A stretch of 32,000 nt of DNA from Dickeya solani IPO 2222 (GTDB lineage: Bacteria; Pseudomonadota; Gammaproteobacteria; Enterobacterales; Enterobacteriaceae), in assembly GCF_001644705.1 (NCBI RefSeq), contig NZ_CP015137.1, positions 2,730,001 through 2,762,000 on the forward strand, read 5' to 3'. A program made the position numbers and the translations under genes. The notes under the pieces were generated by a model. It worked only from the letters and a program-made list of their open reading frames with translations. It searched no databases and was not told the origin of the DNA. Within the stretch, counting starts at the first letter, position 1. Every line of letters starts with the position of its first letter. Positions 28,261 to 32,000 of this stretch are shown here, in pieces.

Positions 28261-28499
28261 TAATATGTTAAAAACTCTTGAAAAATACTCTATGTTTCGA
28301 TTTTTGTGCTGTGTTCAAAATCATATGCACTCGAAATTGAGAATTCAGAATCGAGCACTACTTCTGCTATAAACTCAAACCAATCAAGTAACTCAAATGA
28401 TTCAGTTATGTAAATATCCCGTCAAACAGAGCCATTCATTTTAAGCATATTTATACATAACTCGATAAATCAGGCTCAATGTGAATGCGTTGAACCCCC

Positions 28500-28805
28500 T
28501 CAAATCCCCCAAAACATAAGATTAATAGCATCCTTAATCTCATCCGCGTAGTCGCCAAGATCCGCAATCACTTCACCCATGACTTCAACAGGTACGCTCG
28601 ATAGTTCAGTCGTCATCAGCCGATAATCTTCGCCGTCGATGCGGATCTTAGGGAACAACGTCTTATTCACTTTCTCAGACAGGTGGTGTGCTTCGATAAG
28701 CGGAATGACCATGCGCCGCTTGGGTGTCTCGACGATATCACTCTGCACATCGACAAACATTTTGTAGTGACTGGCTCGTTTGTATTCATAAACAATGAAT
28801 TGCAT
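28500..28805 (-). CDS. ccdB: CcdB toxin (gyrase poison)
   Basis: '[36 protein letters not shown]...[10 protein letters not shown]' is collinear with F-plasmid CcdB as I remember it. I place the start at ATG 28805, not the GTG at 28811. Confidence 0.9.
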   Translation of the reverse strand: MQFIVYEYKRASHYKMFVDVQSDIVETPKRRMVIPLIEAHHLSEKVNKTLFPKIRIDGEDYRLMTTELSSVPVEVMGEVIADLGDYADEIKDAINLMFWGI

Positions 28806-28807
28806 GA

Positions 28808-29026
28808 TCACCAGTTCCTGTTTTCATCCGCAAAGGAGCCATTCTGCGCGATAAATCGGGCGACTTCCTCCATCCCCTCACTGTTTTCTTTCTTCCACTC
28901 CTCAGCCTTGATACGGCGGGCTTCTTTGCCAATGGCATCGTTCACCAGCCCAGAAATGTTGACTCCGGCAGCACTCAGAACCTGATAGTTGTCTTTGTCT
29001 ACGGTAACACTGACGCGGTGTTTCAT
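28808..29026 (-). CDS. ccdA: CcdA antitoxin
   Basis: '[28 protein letters not shown]...[23 protein letters not shown]' is collinear with F-plasmid CcdA. Its stop lies 2 nt from the ccdB ATG. Confidence 0.9.
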   Translation of the reverse strand: MKHRVSVTVDKDNYQVLSAAGVNISGLVNDAIGKEARRIKAEEWKKENSEGMEEVARFIAQNGSFADENRNW

Positions 29027-29084
29027 GATAGTGCTCCTCTCGTGTGCATACTTTGAGTATATATTCCGCGTGGTTGTTCAGCAA

Positions 29085-29828
29085 TTAGCCAAGATTCAAA
29101 TTCAACCCCTTCAACTCCTCAAACGTATAGACCCGAAAAACATGGCGGTGCTTCGTTTCCAGCCGGATGTGTTGACGGTTAACGATGGCGTATTTCACGC
29201 TATTGAACAGCAGTTCGATAGCCCGCTTCATCTGCGGGTTGGGCACGATATAGAAAACGTACATCCAGTGTTGCTGAGTGCGCGCCAGCAAATGGCTGGT
29301 GATAATCGCCTGATAACGGGCTTTGGTTTTCAGACGGCGCTCAGTCTCAACAGCGATAACTGTCCCGTCTGGTAACGTTATCAGCCCGCCCGGGCGATGA
29401 TATACCTCATATCGGCTGCGGAATGTTGAATCTGCGCCGCTGATCCACCCATAAGCGCCTTTCTTCTCAAGAAGGAGCCGCGATAGCTGACGATCAAGGC
29501 GCTGCATCAGCGTCCAGCCAGTGACTTTCGAGGGCTCAAACCGTGCAGGAAAGCCATCCTCATGGGGTGTGACGACAACGGATAATCCGTCGTTGGTGAT
29601 CCCCCATAGTGAGATTTTCTCCATCCTTGTGCAAAACGTCTGCTTTTGAATGAATCCCATGTCGATGGCCTTTGCCAGCAGCAGATAAAGCGGCTTGTGA
29701 TTTTTATAATCAAAAAGCTGCATCAGGGTTTTAAAATCGCTGTAGGTTTCTTCTTTCAGAAAGGTGAGCAGACGTCGCATTTTTTCGTGACTACGCGCCC
29801 GGCGTTCACGGTAATCAGAAATCAGCAT
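29085..29828 (-). CDS. Replication-relaxation (Replic_Relax/MobC-like) family protein, tentative
   Basis: 247 aa with a good SD ('aaggagg' 6 nt upstream of the ATG). It has an N-terminal winged-helix-like region and 'HRPGGLITLPDGTVIAVETERRLKTKARY', which resembles the RPD...E-x-E/D...K...Y core of that family. This is from memory only. Confidence 0.4.
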   Translation of the reverse strand: MLISDYRERRARSHEKMRRLLTFLKEETYSDFKTLMQLFDYKNHKPLYLLLAKAIDMGFIQKQTFCTRMEKISLWGITNDGLSVVVTPHEDGFPARFEPSKVTGWTLMQRLDRQLSRLLLEKKGAYGWISGADSTFRSRYEVYHRPGGLITLPDGTVIAVETERRLKTKARYQAIITSHLLARTQQHWMYVFYIVPNPQMKRAIELLFNSVKYAIVNRQHIRLETKHRHVFRVYTFEELKGLNLNLG

Positions 29829-29929
29829 GGTTCCTCCTTCGCATTTTACTGGGGTGTTCGCTCTTTCGGTTTTATCGCCTCATTGCATGGGGGAATACCT
29901 TCGCCCACTGGCATGAGTCGACATCATGA

Positions 29930-30560
29930 GGCGATCTTGTGGGGATAAAGAGGTGACCGCGATGCGGTCATGCGCCGGAAAATACCTTTCCCGGCGCAAA
30001 ACGGCGTGCGCCAGTTCATGCGGGCTGGACGCCCTTATTACCTGGCACATGGGGGTAATGTCGCGGCTGGACGCCACGCCAAAACCCCCGAGGTCAACGG
30101 CGGCACACCGTCGCACGCTACGCGCGACTACCCCCTTTGAGACGCCGTTTTTAGCCCACTTTTTCTTTTGCCCGTGCCGGTCAGCGAAAAAATGGGAAAA
30201 CGCCTTCAAAGTGGGTAGTCGCGCCTCGCTACCGGCTGGTGGCCGGAGACTTAGCGGCGACGGTGTGCGGGGCTGTCGCCCCCCAAATAAACCGACGCGT
30301 GGGCGCGTCTTTTTGCTCGCTGGGGCGGCAAAATTTATTCGGCTCCCCCCGGCCTGCTCGGTTCCCCTTGGGGGGAACGCTCGCCGGTGGGTTCGGGCGA
30401 CGCAAATGCCCCCTTTCTGCGAAATGGCATTTACTCGCCTCACGCCACGGTTGAATGCCCGCGGGGCGCAGGCACCCACCCGCCTAAACCCGTCGCGTCC
30501 TGCGTCGTGCCTGGATGGCCTGTTGAGCGCTGTCAGGGTTGCGAAAATAAAACGTGCTGG
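29930..30560. other. GC-rich, hairpin-dense, probably non-coding block (oriT/origin or structured RNA candidate)
   Basis: My hand counts give 58-68% GC per 60-nt line. Long ORFs on both strands are Arg/Gly/Ala/Pro-rich and look like junk. Stems include 29954-29970, 29972-29997, 30269-30282, 30294-30314 (followed by T5) and 30361-30378. Confidence 0.5.
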
Positions 30561-30730
30561 CATGTCTTCTCCCTACTGAAATCAGCCGGTAGAAAAGGCT
30601 ATAGGGAAAAGGGGAGGAGGCCTGCAAACAACTCAATATCGAATATCAAGAATTAGGGGGGATTCAGTTATGGCAGCAAAAAAGCCCTGACCGTGAATGA
30701 CTCACGGCAGAGCTTTAATCAGGCGCGGAT

Positions 30731-31081
30731 TCAGAGGCTTATCGGGCGGGTGGGAGCGTGTGCGCGTCTGTGCATATCGTTAAGCGCCGGGATGAGTAGG
30801 CTGATGGCATTTAGCCCATGCCCCAACTGGCATAAACTTTCCGGCGTGGATTCGCACACGTCATTATCGGCAAAGGTAATCAGCGCATCGCCAATGAAAT
30901 TTAGGCAATGACACAGCCCGGCGCTGGTTTCGGCGCAATACTCTGCCACCTGCGAGAGTTCGTCATCGTCCATGTTTGAAAAATCCAGACGCGCCAGCGC
31001 GGCATTCATGGCGGAATACAGGCTCTCGCAATCCGGCAGTGATTGGTAAGACGAGCCCGTGTTACTATCGGTGTCAGCCAT
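30731..31081 (-). CDS. Acidic hypothetical protein
   Basis: I place the start at ATG 31081 ('MADTDSNTG'), which is preceded by 'gaggac', rather than 31096. About 116 aa, Cys- and Asp/Glu-rich. I recognise no family. Confidence 0.5.
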   Translation of the reverse strand: MADTDSNTGSSYQSLPDCESLYSAMNAALARLDFSNMDDDELSQVAEYCAETSAGLCHCLNFIGDALITFADNDVCESTPESLCQLGHGLNAISLLIPALNDMHRRAHAPTRPISL

Positions 31082-31169
31082 AGCATTAGTCCTCATAATG
31101 TTGTGGTCAGAAGCCCGGTGAGTGTTCCTAGCACTGCCGGGCTTCGCTCTTTATCGTTGCAAAATACCG

Positions 31170-31221
31170 TGTAATTGCGGTGTAATTACAACAAGACCAT
31201 GCTATGGAATTTGTAATTACA
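31170..31221. promoter_or_regulatory. Three copies of a TGTAATTACA palindrome (putative operators) in a divergent promoter region
   Basis: Perfect 10-bp palindromes lie at 31181-31190 and 31212-31221, with an 8/10 copy at 31170-31179. Centre spacings are 11 and 31 bp. Confidence 0.6.
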
Positions 31222-31392
31222 ATGTCAAGTGAAAAGTCAAAAACAGACCAGTATCAGATTCGACTGTCCCACGAGTTTCGGGCGCAATTGGAAGAACAAG
31301 CCCACAAAGATGGCGACAAGACATTGGCTACATGGATAAAGCGTATTCTGCGCAAAGAACTCCAGACCCGAGGCATCGAACCCAAAGGTTAA
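31204..31392 (+). CDS. Arc/MetJ-type ribbon-helix-helix DNA-binding protein
   Basis: 62 aa. 'YQIRLSHEFRAQLEEQAHKDGDKTLATWIKRIL' fits an RHH strand-helix-helix pattern. The true start may be ATG 31222, because the third palindrome lies between the two ATGs. Confidence 0.6.
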   Translation: MEFVITMSSEKSKTDQYQIRLSHEFRAQLEEQAHKDGDKTLATWIKRILRKELQTRGIEPKG

Positions 31393-31473
31393 CGGTGATT
31401 GGGGCCGTCGATGTCGCAAATCCTAACGTGTAAGAAACGTTTGGCAGAATGCCCGGATGATTTTACGACAACG

Positions 31474-31514
31474 CTCCTGACGGGTTTTCTATCACATAGA
31501 AATCCCGTCAGGAG
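31474..31514. repeat. 19-bp-arm inverted repeat downstream of the integrase stop (copy 2)
   Basis: The sequence is 'ctcctgacgggttttctat cac atagaaatcccgtcaggag', a counterpart of 21166-21206. Confidence 0.8.
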
Positions 31515-31531
31515 CCAACAAGCGCAGCGCG

Positions 31532-32000
31532 TTAGCCTGCCGCATAACTCCGCGCATAAATATACGGCGCGACGTAGCCCTCGCGGTTGACGTCCAGATA
31601 ATCCGACCACCATTGCATCATTTCGATTCTGGCCTCCAGATGCTCCGCTTTATGCACGTAGGCAGCCCGCACGCCGTTGCGCTCTTTGTGGCTCATCTGC
31701 CGCTCGATGGCGTCTTTTGACCAGCGCCCGGACTCGTTCAGCGCGCTACAGGCCATGGTTCTGAAACCGTGACCGCAGATTTCGGTTTGGGTGTCGTAGC
31801 CAATCACGCGCAGCGCTTTGTTAATAGTGTTCTCACTCATCGGCTTGTTCAGGGTATGTGCGCCGGGAAAAACGAAGACCGATTCGCTGGAAAGTGCCTG
31901 AATCTGTTTCAGCAGGGCGACCGCCTGCCGTGACAGCGGCACCAGATGTTCATCCTTCATCTTTGCGCCACGCTCTGAGAATCGGACGCCGTTTACCGCT
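31532..32000 (-). CDS. int: P4-type tyrosine integrase, 3' part; the gene continues beyond the window
   Basis: The frame is open to the window edge. The last 142 aa differ at 3 positions from the 21224-22102 copy, and the catalytic 'HGFRTMA' and 'RAAYVH' motifs are present. Confidence 0.85.
   Translation of the reverse strand, partial: AVNGVRFSERGAKMKDEHLVPLSRQAVALLKQIQALSSESVFVFPGAHTLNKPMSENTINKALRVIGYDTQTEICGHGFRTMACSALNESGRWSKDAIERQMSHKERNGVRAAYVHKAEHLEARIEMMQWWSDYLDVNREGYVAPYIYARSYAAG

Noticed and set aside
28683-29375. Plus-strand ORFs 28683-28985 and 28989-29375, and minus-strand ORF 28902-29084.
   Set aside because: All overlap the clearly identified ccdB, ccdA or replication-relaxation-like genes, either antisense or in another frame of the same strand.
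29880-30579. 227-aa (minus) and 217-aa (plus) ORFs covering the GC-rich block, plus 30239-30454 and 30387-30656.
   Set aside because: They are mutually overlapping on both strands, extremely Arg/Gly/Ala/Pro-rich and without motifs. I treated the region as non-coding, although the minus ORF has an SD-like 'gggaga' before its ATG.
30693-30911. 72-aa plus-strand ORF antisense to the acidic hypothetical gene.
   Set aside because: It overlaps the longer minus-strand ORF, which has a credible SD, and it has no features of its own.
31389-31613. Short ORFs (31389-31613 minus, 31399-31590 plus, 31237-31419 minus) in the conserved integrase-downstream region.
   Set aside because: They span the long inverted repeat and the integrase 3' end. 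The conservation there is explained by the repeat and the integrase, not by these frames.

Overview
Enterobacterial-type chromosomal segment with three parts.

(1) 303-1502: a core enolase-superfamily acid-sugar dehydratase, L-talarate/galactarate dehydratase-like.

(2) 1932-15675: after an abrupt switch to a ~300-bp AT-rich leader, a 12-gene, single-strand, tightly coupled Wzx/Wzy-type exopolysaccharide locus. It encodes a priming phosphotransferase, an OM beta-barrel, a short lipoprotein OPX, a Wzc-like co-polymerase with degenerate kinase motifs, a flippase, a polymerase, 3 glycosyltransferases, a small membrane protein, a secreted glycoside-hydrolase-like protein and an acetyltransferase.

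(3) c. 15.7 kb to the window end: what looks like two tandem integrative islands of the tRNA-Phe/P4-integrase type. Each carries its integrase at the right end (minus strand) and a DUF1778/GNAT toxin-antitoxin module at the left end.
- Island 1 has a decayed integrase, an AT-rich ORF-poor stretch, an AraC + SDR/NTF2/YciI/SDR accessory cluster, and an antitoxin left orphaned by deletions in its toxin gene.
- A 20-nt tRNA-Phe 3'-end fragment (22637-22656) marks the junction between the islands.
- Island 2 has an intact TA pair, a DUF3577-like gene remnant, the low-GC operon described below, ccdAB, a replication-relaxation-like gene, a hairpin-dense GC-rich non-coding block, an Arc-like repressor with palindromic operators, and a second near-identical integrase cut by the window edge.

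The best candidate for a notable system is the ~4.3-kb low-GC three-gene operon at 24157-28010. It encodes a nuclease-like effector, a small middle protein and a coiled-coil ABC/SMC-type ATPase with a Cys4 knuckle. Its blueprint matches the ABC-3C / type II Lamassu (DdmABC-like) anti-phage/anti-plasmid architecture, but I cannot establish family membership without searches. No rRNA, intact tRNA, CRISPR array or transposase was seen.
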